55,202 nt of DNA, taken from the NCBI GenBank assembly GCA_003971905.1, contig RSEE01000026.1, positions 682,001 to 737,202 on the forward strand, given 5' to 3'. This DNA is from Moniliella sp. 'wahieum'. Its lineage: Eukaryota. Shown here in pieces: positions 38,589 to 51,193 of the stretch. The notes under the pieces were generated by a model, which ran no database searches, was not told the origin of the DNA, and saw only the letters and a list, made by a program, of their open reading frames with translations. A program made the translations under genes and the position numbers. The number at the start of each line of letters is the position of its first letter. Position 1 is the first letter of the stretch.

Positions 38589-39657
38589 TCAATCATCATC
38601 AAATGGCTCGAGGTGCTCCAGTTTGTCCGCCATCTCCTCCTCGTAAGCCTCCCGCTCGCGGTCTCGAGCGCGGTCGTACAGCGACCAGTCAATCTCCTGT
38701 GCCTCCCCGTCGCCCGCGACGTCCGATGCATCGAGCACTGTACCCTTGCTGAACAGTTCCCGGCCCGTCGGCTTGGCCTTGTACCTCCGGTACTCTTCCC
38801 TCTCCTTGGCTGTCATGCCTTTCACCTTCTCCTCCTCGGCCGCCTGCGCCTCCGCTTTCTGCTCGGCGATAAACTTGGTGTGCCACTCAAGGAAGCGTTC
38901 CTTGGTCACCTGGGTTCCCCGGAACTTGGCATTTCGGCCTGCACAACCATCATTCCATTGTTAGCATCGTTCTTCCTCCTTCTGGTCTTGAACGTCATGG
39001 CCATAACATACCTCAATCTCTGCTTCCCGCCGCCTCGTTTTCTTCCGCCTTGCCCTCGTCAATTTGTGCCTTGATCCATCCACTCAGGCTTTCCCGCATG
39101 TGGGAGGCCAAGGTAAATACCATCGCCATACCCAACGACTCCTCTGCCTACATACACGCGAAGATGCCAGAAAACTTGGTCAGTACAATTGCCACTCTGG
39201 ATGCTGAGAAGGCGTACGCACCACCTCCTTCACACCGGAAAGCATAGTTTCACGGTCCGCGTCCGAATACGAGGGTTGCCGAGCAGAGCCAGCTCCGGAA
39301 TCTCGTCTGGGTAGGCGGGGGGGTAGGTCACCTCGAGCCACAGTTCCGGCTGGGTGAGGATGGATCGGGGGGCGTTGGGGTCCGGCTCTGGCTCATCGGG
39401 CTCATCGACCTTTTTGGGCGCCTGGGAGACCGGTTTCTTTAGCGACCTGCCTGTTTTGTCCTCATCAAGCAGCTTTTGCGCCTCTGCCTCTGCCTTGGCC
39501 TGCTGCTCGGCAAGGATCGCCTGGTACTCGGCAGCCTCCGCCTCGTCCTCGGGGTCAATGCGGATGCGCAGCGACCCCGACGGCAGCTTGACCAGCTCGT
39601 CAATGTAGATCGACTCGAGGGCCTCGAGCTCCAACTCGATCTCCTCGTGGCTGCCAT
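38589..39657 (-). CDS. GIR2: RWD-domain protein (Gir2/RWDD1)
   Basis: EEIELELEALESIY, LEVTYPPAYPDEIPEL (YPxxYP), ESLGMAMVFTLASHMRE (about 39090-39140), RGTQVTKERFLEW, KPTGRELF, acidic tail. Confidence 0.85.
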
Positions 39658-40207
39658 GGTGTGGTCGCGCGGTGCAGTGGTGGTGCAAAGGCCTGCCGAC
39701 CTGCTCTGGACCGGACCAGGCGTGCAGCGGACGGGGGCAAGGCGCCCATGCACCAATGGGGCGCCTGCAGGGAGGGTTCGCTTGTGGCGGAATGGCACCC
39801 CACCAGCCGGTTTCCTGGGTTTTTTGCAGAACTTGGTGAAGCTTTAAGGGCGGCCTAGGATTTGAGTGCAAGGAAACTCATTTCTCGGTGACGTAATCTC
39901 CCGGTTGCCTGCCCAGGCGTGAATCGGCTGATGTCATGCATCATGCATCATGCATCATGCCAGTCCCACCGCCTGTCTGCAAGCGTCACTGCCTCCCCCC
40001 TTGGCAGCCAAGCTCGATGCTTCCCGGAACTAGTGGCTGGACGCATCGCCCACCGCCAGTGGACCATCCATGATAAAGCAGCAGATGACTGTGAATTGCA
40101 TTGTGGATTGAAGCCCGACACCTGGCTCTTGTGGAGGCCGAAAGGCATCGGACCCACCCACCCGTTAGTGGTCATTGGTGACGGCGGGGCCGTCAATCTC
40201 TCTCTAT

Positions 40208-41908
40208 CTACAGCACGATCTCCTCCACCGCATCGCGATGTGCGGCCCGCTTGGGAAGCCGCACATACCTCGTAGAGTGCCCGTCCAACGATCGCAACGC
40301 AAGGGACCCCCGAAAAGTCACAGTACACTTTGGTCACTGGCACCCCAACCTGTTTTTGATGCCTGGTGTGCAAGTCCCGGCTGCCCAGGGCCCTCAGACG
40401 GGTGGCATGCATGGGCAGCCGCCCACTCCTTGCGCTTCTTGACAGACTGAACGAACAGAACTATGTACCAGTCCGTCCTGCTCCGTTCCGCACCACCCCA
40501 CAGGGCGTGGCGACGAGGAGATAAAACTAGCACGCACCGCGCAGCCGCGGCGTCGCATCATCCCCAAACGCAAAATCTCGTACACTCTGTTCGTCTTCCA
40601 TCCGGGCAGAGAGGGGGGACGTAACGTGCTTGGCATGCTGTTGGGCATCGGGCTCGTGGAACGCACCGCCGCCTCGGTGGGCCAGGTCAGATGCCTCTGC
40701 CTCAGTTTGGGGCTGGTACGGCACTGTCCTCCGGTGCAGGCGCAGAGGTTCCTCCAGTGCCCAAGGTTCCTTCTCGGGCTCCTGCGGAAGTGGCATAAAC
40801 AAAGGTAACCCGCCACCGGAATCGCTCGAGCGAATCAAAAACGTCATGGTCGCCCTTTCCCTCAACCACAGTCACACGGATCGGTACGCCGTCTCGCTCG
40901 GAAGGAGGCCGCAACATTGTGCTCCGCATCGCGTTGGACACGAGCTGGTGAACGATCCACTCCACATGCTCGGGAATACAGGCCATCGTGGTTCCCATGT
41001 CTCCATCCAGACCACATTTGGAACCGGGTAGGGCGCGCCCTCCAAAACCAGCTCCTCTCGTACCCGTTCCACCACACTTCGGATTACCGAAGCAATGTTC
41101 AGCCGGGTGGCAATGATGCCAATTTTACTCGACTTGGGGCCCCACCATGGACGCGGTGCGAGTCGGAGGTTACAGAGGGCACATGAAATGCTTCCGACAG
41201 GGCAAGATGTTGTTCCGCCAAGATACGGCGGGCAATGGAGGAACGCAACATGCGCCCCATGAACCGGTCCATCTGCTCGGGCGATAAGAGCATGTGCGCC
41301 TCGGTGGATTGGACAATGCCTTGCGTGAGAGATGGGAGGAGCAGCTCACCATGCCGTTCCAGCGTGCGGTGCAAGGTACGGCAAAACTCTTCATTCTGCT
41401 CCAGCGTCGTCAAGGGAGGCCATTTGCGCAGCGTTTCGAACGCAGTCCAGTACTCGCGGTACACGTCGCCCATGCAGGCGTGAGTCAAACCGCATATGGG
41501 AGGCTTTGCAGATCCCGATGCGATGCGCAAGACGAATGGGCAATTCCCGCAACACGTAGTTTCCGGACAAGAGCAGTTTCTTCGTGCGCGGGTCAGAGTC
41601 CTTGTGGATATGGGTTTTGGGTGTGCGGTTGTTGCGAGCACTTGCCGGCCAAAGAGGATCAGGTGGCGGAGGGTGGTAAGCGTCGCCTTCTTTCCAGCCC
41701 ATGTGTCGAGCTCCTTGTTGCGATAGAAGCGACGCCGGAGGCCGGGCGCGGTCACTGTACTCGACGACTGAGGGCGCAGAGTGCGAATGCCTGCAGAAGT
41801 GGGGGGCGGGGGAAAGGGCGCCAACAGGGGTCGGTCTGGGGGTGAGGAGACGAGCGGCGGAGGAAAGCGGGCGCGTCGATGCGGGATGCGGCAGCCGCCA
41901 AGTTTCAT
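40208..41908 (-). CDS. Mitochondrial alpha-ketoacid/pyruvate dehydrogenase kinase family protein (Pkp2-like)
   Basis: FYRNKELDTWA..TLRHLILFGR, SGNYVLRELPIRLAHRI, RMLRSSIARRILAEQHLAL, IPEHVEWIVHQLVSNAMR (N box), IRSSDSGGG (G1), GVPVTKVYCDF-GGSLALRSLDGH..YVRLPK..EEIVL* (TAG 40208-40210). Multiple indels; start uncertain. Confidence 0.82.
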
Positions 41909-42184
41909 CGCACGGAAAGAGGGGGGGCTGGATGGCCAGCAGCAAGCACTTTCAAGCAGGGTCAGATGAGGGAAGAATGGAGGGTGGTGGGGGTGTGGTG
42001 AGCCCTGTCCCCCGTAGGTGGGCCCATGCCTTGAGCACGTGACGTGCTGTTGCCATTTTACCCCTCTTTTGCGAGGCTGAGGCGTGTGAAACGGATTGCC
42101 AGTTTCGAGAGCCTGGGCTGCCTGGGCGGGGAGATCAGACGGGAGCGAATGCCATTAGGTAAGGACTTTGTCATCCAAACACTG

Positions 42185-42400
42185 CTACGTGACATGCATG
42201 TGACCTGGGGACATACATGCACCGTGCCACACGTGACATGTGACATCACAATGTCACGTGTGCCAGAGCTGCAATTGAATATTGAACGTTGAACCTCGTG
42301 AGGCGTGAGGCGCGTGAGGCGTGACGCGTGACGCGTGATGGCGTTTAAAATTTACTCGAGCCCATACGATCGATGATGCATGATGCATGATGCATGATGG
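42185..42400. repeat. Mixed 7-bp palindrome arrays (ACATGT, AATATT/AACGTT, ACGCGT, ATCGAT/ATGCAT)
   Basis: For example AATATT-g-AACGTT-g-AAC (42278-42294), ACGCGT-g-ACGCGT-g (about 42324-42337), ATCGAT-g-ATGCAT-g-ATGCAT-g-ATGCAT-g (42369-42396). Confidence 0.85.
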
Positions 42401-43085
42401 ATATCCGATCTTGGTCACTAGTAACTGATTTCACTGATACATGTAACTGAGCACACTGGGTCGGCGTAACATGGAACAGCAGGCACTAGGGCGTACTGAT
42501 GTCCTGATGCATGACGACCATCTATCCTGCAGGATGGCTTGCCCAGAGCGTGCGCGTGCCTACGCCACCTACGCTGCTGCGGAGGCCCAGAAGCACGGAG
42601 GCTGTGTGCCCAGATCGGCTGCGCTGCGTGGGTGTCTGCGCCACTGCTCCGCACGTTGCTCCACCGGCACCTGCATTGCATCACCGTCGTCACCGCGTCA
42701 CCGGGTAACCTTGTGTTGCGCGTTGCCGCCCCGGCGCGTATGCCCATCGGATGCATCGCCGCACAAGTGTCGCCCCAGGCACGCTACTACGCCAGTGGTA
42801 CGCCTGCTTCTGGCCCAGGTACCTAAAGCGCCTCAAGTTCTCAGGCCTTAGCCTAAGGCCAAAGGCCTATCGCCTAAAGCCTAAGGCCTATCGCTTTACC
42901 TAAAGCCTAAGGCCTAACGCCGGTGTAACTCATTGCACACCGTTCCTGGCCGTGGCCTCTCCGCCACTGGCCCAGTTCAACGTGTGTTGTTCAACTGAAC
43001 CGTCCGCGTCCGCGCCGTCAGTGCGTCAGCCCTCAGGCCTCAGTGTACGTACGTTCCGTAGGTCCATGCGCGCGCAACATGTTCA

Positions 43086-43327
43086 TGTTGGCCTAGGGAG
43101 CCGGACGGGGGCAGAAGGATGAGGAGAAGGTGATGGATTGGAGCCAGAGTTGGGTCTGGGTACAGAGGCATCTATATAGGAGGCTGGACTAGGCACAGGG
43201 ACAGTGAGTCACACAGGAGAGAGTGCAGGGCACAGGGACAGTGACACGCAGGGACGTCAGCGTGGAAGCCGATGGAACCGAGGCGAACCTGGTCTACCGA
43301 CTGGGAGCCAGAGGATCACAGTCAACA
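43086..43327 (-). repeat. 3' LTR (242 bp)
   Basis: TG...CA termini with 5-bp inverted ends; TATA-like CTATATAG; duplicated GGCACAGGGACAGTGA motif. Confidence 0.9.
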
Positions 43328-44249
43328 CCCCCGCTGGCCAGGGAACCCGGAGACATCGGTTGTGGGATGAGCTCCTGCCAGTGGATGTAGAGAGGGAGGA
43401 CTTGAGTGGCAACCGGGACGAATGGCCTGGAGTTGTGCATGGCCACACGACTGGCCTACACCCCCGCTGTCCAGGATGACACCTGAACGAGCCGAGCGCT
43501 TGTGGTTGGTTGTATTGTGCGACCGCCAGATGCTTGTAGAAGTCTTAGAAGTAAAAGTAGTAGGGGTTGCGCCCCGAAGCGATTTGGTGGGCAAAAGTAA
43601 AAAGCACCAGTTATAGGTGTAGTGAAGAAAATTGGAAACTTGGAGTAATGCGGTCCAAGGTCGTTTGGCATCAAAATTGGATGCGTTTGGTAGTTGTTTG
43701 GTTCCGCATGCCTGGTGCCAGTGGGGTCCATTGGGCATGGGAAATGAACGGGCGCTATGCGTCAACCGTCTTGATCTGTTTGGGTTTCTCTTTGTTGTTG
43801 AAAAAGAGGAGTGGAAGAAGTTGGGTGACCACCCCCCCCCATCCTTTCCCCAGGTGCCCCGGATGAATTGGCAATCCGGGGCGTGTAGCCGTGGGTGGGG
43901 CACTTGATGAGCAGCCACCCCCGCTTTCTGCGATTCGCCTGCGCCGTTTTGTCGTTGGAGGAATTTCGTCTCGTTGACGATACCCGACACGTTTTTGTTC
44001 CGTGTGTTGTCCCTAAAAATCATTGCCCCATCTGTGGGGGACGAGTGTGCCGATTGTGGCGGTAGTATGCCGATTGTGGCTGTGTGGGGTAGTATGCCGA
44101 TTTGGCGGTAAGGTGCCGATTGTGGCGGTGGTGTTGTTGGGCGGGAGGACGGGTGTCTTGTGGGCTTGGCGGCTTAGCTTGGGCTTGTAGGCTTGGGGGT
44201 GGGCTTGCTTGAAGAGCGCTCCCCTTCCGGGGGGATCAGATTGTAGCTC

Positions 44250-44488
44250 TGTTGGCCTAGGGAGCCGGACGGGCAGAAGGATGAGGAGAAGGTGATGGAT
44301 TGGAGCCAGAGTTGGGTCTGGGTACAGAGGCATCTATATAGGAGGCTGGACTAGGCACAGGGACAGTGAGTCACACAGGAGAGAGTGCAGGGCACAGGGA
44401 CAGTGACACGCAGGGACGTCAGCGTGGAAGCCGATGGAACCGAGGCGAACCTGGTCTACCGACTGGAGCCAGAGGATCACAGTCAACA
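44250..44488 (-). repeat. 5' LTR (239 bp)
   Basis: Near-identical copy of 43086-43327. Confidence 0.9.
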
Positions 44489-44886
44489 GTTCAACTGAAC
44501 GTTCGGCCTGGGCCTGAACGTGAACACGTTCCACGTCCAACTGAACGTACTGAACGTCCTGAACGTTCACCTTGAGGGCCTGGGCGCCTGGGCGCGCTGG
44601 AGGCTGGGGGCTGGAGAGTAAGTTTCAAGTGGAACGTTGAACGCCTGAGCGACATGCTCGCGCACGCGGGGAATGGCACTGGCGCCAAGCCGCATGCCCT
44701 CTCGTTCGAACAATGTTGCACAACCGATCATTGATCGACGATCATCGATCATCCGTCACATGTCACACATCATGCACATTCTCATCGATCATCGACCATC
44801 CTGCTCCTCCCCTTCCCATCCCAACAGGCCATCCCGACCGGGCCGTCTTCATCGCCACCACATCTACCCACCCGTGCTCACTCGTC

Positions 44887-47800
44887 ATGGAGGAGCAGGA
44901 GCACTCGCCCCCCCACGACGGCGCTGCCGCTGACATCGAGGCCCAGAGCGCCCCGCCCGCCTCGTCTGACACCTTCGACCTCACCGAGTTCTGCCGCGAG
45001 TCTTGCCACCGCCGACGATCTGCCCGCGTTGGATCTCGCCTGGCGCAACTTGGAGGTCGAGGGCGTCGGCGCCGGCAGTCGGCATGGTGTTACTGCCTTT
45101 CCATGCTCTACGCCCCCTTTTCCCCGCATGCCATCCGCTCCATCCTCCGCCCACCCGTCAACACCATCCTCCATTCCAACTCTGGCACTCTCCCGGGGCG
45201 AGATGTTACTGGTGCTCGGCCGGCTGGTAGTGGGTGTACCACCTTCATGAAAAACCTTGCTGGTTATCGCGAAGGTTATCGGTCTACCCGTGGGGAAGTC
45301 CACTACGGCGGCCTCGACTACGAGACGATCGCTGGGCCCCTTCGTGGTGAGGTCGTCTACGCCGGAGAGGACGATGTGCATTTCCCCACTCTGACCGTGG
45401 AAGAGACGCTCGATTTTGTTTCTCAATCTCGCACCCCGGACGCCTCTACGCGTCCTACCTTTGGTAACAAGGCCAACACACGCGACAATTACGCTACCCA
45501 TTTGCGAGATGCAATTGCCACCACTCTGGGCCTGACTCGCGTGTACAGACCAAGGTGGGCAATGAAGCCATCCGCGGTGTCTCGGGCGGCGAGAAAGCGT
45601 GTGTCCATTGCCGAGATTCTTTCTCTGCATGCCCGTGTCCAGCTCCTCGATAACCCTACTCGCGGCCTCGACTCAAGTACCGCTGCCGAACTTGCCCGTG
45701 CCCTCAAAATCATCTCACGGGAGACGAAGGTGCCGACAGTGGCGACCATGTACCAGGCTGGTGAGCCACTCTACGCTGAGTTTGATCGTGTGGCTCTGCT
45801 GAGCCACGGTTACGTGGTGTACAATGGGTCATGTGCCGATGCAGCGCCTTACTTTGAACAATGGTTTGAGCGTCTGCCTCACCAGACAAGCGCCGACTTC
45901 CTCGTGGCCGTGACTGACCCTGCTGCTCGCAAGATTCGAAGGGTTTCGAGCATGAAGCGCCCCTCACAGCTGCCGAGATGGCTGCCCGCTTTGCTAACTC
46001 CCCTGTTGGCCTACGCTCCGCCCAAGCTGTAGAGACGCGCATGGAGGAGATCGCCGCGATGACCAAGGAGGACAAGAAGAACGTCTTTGACGCTATCCGT
46101 GCTACCCAATCCAAGCACGCCCCCAAACAATCGCCTTATCTCGCGTCATGGCGCGTCAGACGTGGCTGTGTATCCGCCGTCGGTACCAGATCAAGGCGAA
46201 TGACCTTCCTACCATGATCGGCCCCAACTTTGCCGCCATCTTATGGCACTGATTATTGGCTCCAACTTCTACGATATGCCGAAAGACAGCTCGGGCTTCT
46301 TCAGTCGCGGAGGGTGTTGTTCTTAGCTTGCTTTTCATGCCTTCCGTACGTTTTTCTTCCTTGCACCGTGTTACACATGAACCCAGTGCAATGAACTGAC
46401 CGCATCCGTCTTATTATGTGACCCTTGCTTTATACAGTGGCCCAACCGAAATTACCATTTCGTACTCTCAGCGTCCCATTGTTATCCGTCAACACCGTTT
46501 TGCTTTGGCCCGTCCCTCGGCCGATGCTCTGGCTAACGTCTTGCTTGATCTTCCGTACCGTATTGTCATACCTGCTTTTTGCTCATCATCTACTTCATGA
46601 CTGGACTCGTCCGCGATGCAGGCGCCTTTTTCATCTGCTGGTCCACTATCATTCTCATTGTCCATCATGACCAATATGTTCCGCATGCTCGCTGCATCTT
46701 CCGCAGCGATTCAGTGGCTACAATGGTCTCTGGTCTCCTTATCATGGATTTTGCCCTGTACGGGTTATGCCTTGCCGCGGCCGAGCATGAAGGGTGGTGG
46801 CGCTGGCTATCGTACTGCAATCCAGGTACGCAATCCTTTCCCTTTTATAGGCGCCTGACTGACCCTTTCTCATCACAATCTCATTTTCTGCACTTGTCCA
46901 GTCTCGTTTGCATTCGAGATTGTCCTTAGCAACGAGATGCGGCGTCTGAACGTGCCCTGTGGAGCTTATGTCCCAGCGGGCCCGGCCTATGCCAATGTAC
47001 CGATTTCAAGCGGACGTGCACAGTGCCAGGGTCGATAGGAACACGGGCTTAGTAAACGGTTCAGTGTACCTACAGGCCACGTCGGACTATCAATGGGGCC
47101 ACGCCCACCGTAACGTGGGCATTCTTTTGGGTTTCCTCTTCTTCTTCATCATTGTTTATGCCGTGTTCACTGAATTCCAAGCCGATCCAAGTGTCCAAGG
47201 AGACGTCATGGTTTCCATCGCGGAGCGAAAACTACCAAGTCCATCAAAGAGCAGAAATGAGAAGTTCCAGGATCCCGATACGCCGAGAAGGAAGTTGCCA
47301 CCGAAGGACTTGCTGTTTCCCAGGACATATTTGCCTTCTCCAATGTCAATTACAAGGTGCCGGTCAAGGGCAAGGAAATGCGCCAGCTTTTGACGGATGT
47401 TACTGGGTTTGTTCAGCCGGGCAAGTTGACCGCTCTCATGGGCGAGTCTGGCGCGGGAAAGACAACCCTGCTCAACGTCTTGGCTCAGCGTACCGAAGGT
47501 CTAGGTGTGGTCTCGGGCGACTTCATGATCAATGGTTGGCCTCTCCCTGAAGCATTCCAACAGCGGGGTACTGCCAACAACAGGACAACCATCTACCCAC
47601 CACCACTGTACGCGAAGCCCTTCAGTTCAGCGCCATCCTGCGCCAACCCTCGACAGTGCCCAAGGAAGAAAAACTGGCCTATGTCGAGGAGGTGATCCGC
47701 ATGATGGAGATGGAGCCGTTTGCTGAGGCTCTTGTCGGCAATGTGGGAGAAGGTCTGTCGGTCGAGCAGCGCAAGCGTCTTACCATTGCTGTCGAATTGA

Positions 47801-49700
47801 CCGCGAAACCGAAATTGCTTCTTTTCCTGGATGAGCCCACGTCGGGGATGGACTCTTTGGCCGCCTCTTCCATCGTCCGTTTCCTTCGTCGCCTTGCCGA
47901 TGCCGGTCAATCTGTCCTTTGTACCATCCATCAACCTTCGGGTGAACTGTTCGCCCAGTTTGACCGCCTCATTCTTCTCCAAAAGGGAGGTAAGGTTACG
48001 TACCAAGGCGATCTGCACAACGATCGTGTCTGTGGCCAGCTCCTTGATTACTTTGAATCTCGTTCGGGCGGCCCCATGCCCCCCCGATGCGAACCCTGCC
48101 GAATTTATGCTGGACTGCATCGGCGCCGGTGCGACGTCGAGCACGGACAAGGACTGGTCCCAGCTGTATCGCGAGAGCTTCCTCTTCACCGACACGGAAG
48201 CCGCTGTTCAACGCATTTTCAACCGTCATCGTGACCCTCAGTAACCGCCCTTCCGAGGAGGCTCTCAAGCATGGCACCTACGCCAACGGGTACCGCACTC
48301 AGCTAACACAACTCGTCAAACGTACCTTCCTCTACCACTGGCGCTCTCCTTCTTACATTGGCGGAAAGATTGGTCTTGCTGTTTTGGCTGGCCTCTTTGT
48401 CTCCTCATCTTTCTGGGGGCAGGGCAGCTTGCGCACCATGCGGAGTTTCCAGAATAAACTGTTTGGCGTGTACGTTTTTGACCTCTTTGTCTTTATCCCC
48501 AGTTGCATGCCTCTCTCTCTTCTTTGCTGTCCCTAACTCGCTTTTGTTTTGTCTACTCTAGATTTATTGGTAGTGTGCTCGCCACTACAAGCACGCAACA
48601 GCTCTCGGTCCACTACATTCACCTACGCACCTTGTTTGAGACGCGGGAGTTTCCCAGCCGGATGTACAGCATTTCCATGCTCACTACTTCCTTCCTTCCT
48701 TCTCGTTGAACTGCCTTGGAACTGGCTCGCTGGTACTGTCTTCTACGGACCTTGGCAAGGCATGATCATGTTTGGTGGTGGCACGGCTGGACAGGCGTTC
48801 CGATGGTTCTGGTACGCCATCTTGTTTACCTCATGGTACACCACCCTGGGCATCGCGCTCATGGCTGTGGCGCCCAATCCCATGCTGGGTAGTTTGCTCT
48901 TTGCCATTCTTTTCGCCTTTTGCATGCAGGTACGTTTGAACTCCCCTTTGACTGCCCTAATCCCACCCACAGGGGAGGATGGATTTCTGACATATTATAC
49001 GATGCTTTGCAGTTCTGCGGTGTGATGCAGCCTCCGGCGCTGATGCCCAAGTTCTGGTCGTCGTGGATGTACCCCCCTCACCCCATTGCGGTACTACCTC
49101 GAGGCGGTGATGTCTTCTGTCGTCCTCCCCATCAAAGTAGAATGTGCCCCGTCTGAACTGGCTGTCATTGTGCCTCCAGCGGGGCAGACCTGTGCCACCT
49201 ACCTCGCCGACTTTTGCTCTGTTTTCGAAAGTCCCAAGCCGTTTGGCCAGGGTTACATCGATAACCCAGATGGCACCTGCGGCTACTGCCAGTACCGCGA
49301 CGGTACCGAACCTTACCTCGTCTCCTTGCGGGCCAAAGCCCGTTATCGCTTCCGTGATATTGGTATCTTCATTTCGTACGTTCCCGTTCCCCTCCGGGTC
49401 CCTTTCCGGCACACCCAGCATCTTGAATGGTTTAGCTTTTCAGGCCTGTCGTCCTCCCTAGTGTGTTTTTCCCCACTGACACATGGCTTTCTCTTTTTGC
49501 CAAATCCCAGGTACATTGCCTTCAACACAATCCTTTTTACGCCGCGAATGCCTTCCGTTCATGGAATCCCAAAGCTGCTAAAGTCCAACGTCAAGCACGA
49601 GAAGAATTCAAAGCCCACATGGTCCAGCTTGACGCTTCCATGGCCTCTCCACAGGAAACCAAGGTCGGCACCCCGCACTTCGAGTCTCCCAAGAAATTGA
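44887..49700 (+). CDS. Full-size PDR/ABCG multidrug ABC transporter (Snq2-like)
   Basis: NBD1: [57 protein letters not shown]1: [13 protein letters not shown]2: [75 protein letters not shown]2: FETRE..SRMYS, FCGVMQP, CGYCQY. Several introns and many indels; the stop could be 49700 or 49765. Confidence 0.92.
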
Positions 49701-50711
49701 TGCTTAATTTGTTACCTCGCATCGAGCCCGCTCTTGCTCGATTGCCAATTTTCCTTCGTTATTGATTTATATCCGTTATCATTTCTCCGTCTATCATTCT
49801 GGTGGCGCTATGGTTCCCCGTGTGTACTTGGAGTGAAAAGGGAACCTTACGATATTCAGGGGCAACGAGTCGAATTCAAACCTGCCCTCAGTCAGCACAG
49901 TCGATCTCAGGGAGTCTGACAGGTGGAAAGATTATGGTAAACATTAGTAGAAGATTGCCCCCCCCCAATCCTCTGCGCATGAGTACCGTGAGTCTGCTTG
50001 ACTCGGCCTCGATGGCATTTTTACTTACCATTAGAGGGCCATCGGACCTGTGGCCAAGTGCTGTCATGCGAGTTAGAATGCACGACGTCGCTCATTGCTT
50101 TGTAGGGCATCCCTCCCCGACGTCTGCCATGACCGGCTGACTAACAGTACCAGTGCGGATGGTCCCAGCAGGCGCGAGAGCAATGTTGAGCTAGTGGCAA
50201 GAGGGAACGCGGGAGGGCAACATAAGTGATATTGGTTCCTTCCCTGGCAGGGTTCCCATTTCTGCCAACATACACCTCGCCACCGTAGACGACACGATTG
50301 GAATCTTCCCGATTGGGTTGTGGGCCTGGGAAATCCGTATACAGTGCCTTAGTACATAGTTTGTTCGTTGGCATGTCGTGGTCACCGGCCCAACCTGATT
50401 TGGTGAAAAGGAGGGTAATGGAGTGTCAAGGAGAGGGGAAGGCAGGACCGATCGATGAGAGTGGGCGAGTGTATTCCCAGTACGCACTTGAGATAGTCGT
50501 GACAGTGGCTATACTATACAGCATGAATACTCCAGTCCAACTGTCTCGTTGCTTGGGAAGATCACATTCGCGCAAGTCGCGGACAAGAGCGAAGGGAAAC
50601 TGCCTCTTTACTCGCTGAACTAGCCTTATATTGGCATGTGATGTGTCCAGTGAAAACGCGGCTCAATTAGTACTGAGACAGGTATTTCCCCGCAAAATGG
50701 GACACTCCACG

Positions 50712-51193
50712 AAATGTCAGCCATCACAGTGTGCTGGGGACCAAATGTGGTGCCTGACGTTTGGTGATCTCTGACATTTCGGGTGGGTGCTTAGTCCTGG
50801 AATGCGGTATTCACGCTGTCACGCCTGGAATGTGACATGTGAGGCGGGAAAAATGCGGGGTTAGATATTTTATGTGATCTGACATTCTTTGATGGCTTTC
50901 CTAGTCACATTTACACGTCATGGCTTACAATGATATGTCATTTTTCTCTATGAAAATGACGTTTTTGGTCTCAGAATTACAGAGGTTGCAAAATGTCAGG
51001 CACCACAGTGTGGTAGTGCGAAAATGTGGCGCCTGACAGATGGTGACCTCTGACAGTTTGGGCGCGGGGCCTGTGTCCTGGAATGCAGAGTTCACGCTGG
51101 CCGGTCTGAAACGTGCGGAGGCGAACGGAGGTGCCTGACGCGGCCTGACGTTTGGTGACCTCTGACAGTTTGGGTGCGGGACCAGTGTCCTGG
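50712..51193. repeat. Imperfect ~125-bp direct repeats (two copies plus a partial third), subtelomeric
   Basis: AAATGTCAG..CACAGTGTG..AAATGTGG.GCCTGAC..TGGTGA.CTCTGACA..GTCCTGGAATGC..TTCACGCTG at about 50712-50833 and 50991-51116; partial copy at about 51143-51193. Confidence 0.75.

Larger units (their letters stand above)
43086..44488 (-). mobile_element. Non-autonomous LTR retrotransposon (TRIM/LARD-like), 1.4 kb, 5-bp TSD GTTCA
   Basis: Direct repeats 43086-43327 and 44250-44488, each TGTTG...CAACA, differing only in two G-run lengths. GTTCA at 43081-43085 and 44489-44493. Purine tract CAGCGGGGG precedes the left LTR on the minus strand. No intact gag/pol in the 922-bp interior. Confidence 0.93.

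Noticed and set aside
40263..40268. GTATGT as an intron donor at the kinase 3' end
   Set aside because: Reading through gives YVRLPK...EEIVL*, matching the PDK-family C-terminus, so no intron is needed.
43322..44023. 233-aa ORF inside the LTR element as a functional gag/pol
   Set aside because: No intact zinc knuckle, protease, RT or DDE motifs; at most a faint integrase-like remnant.
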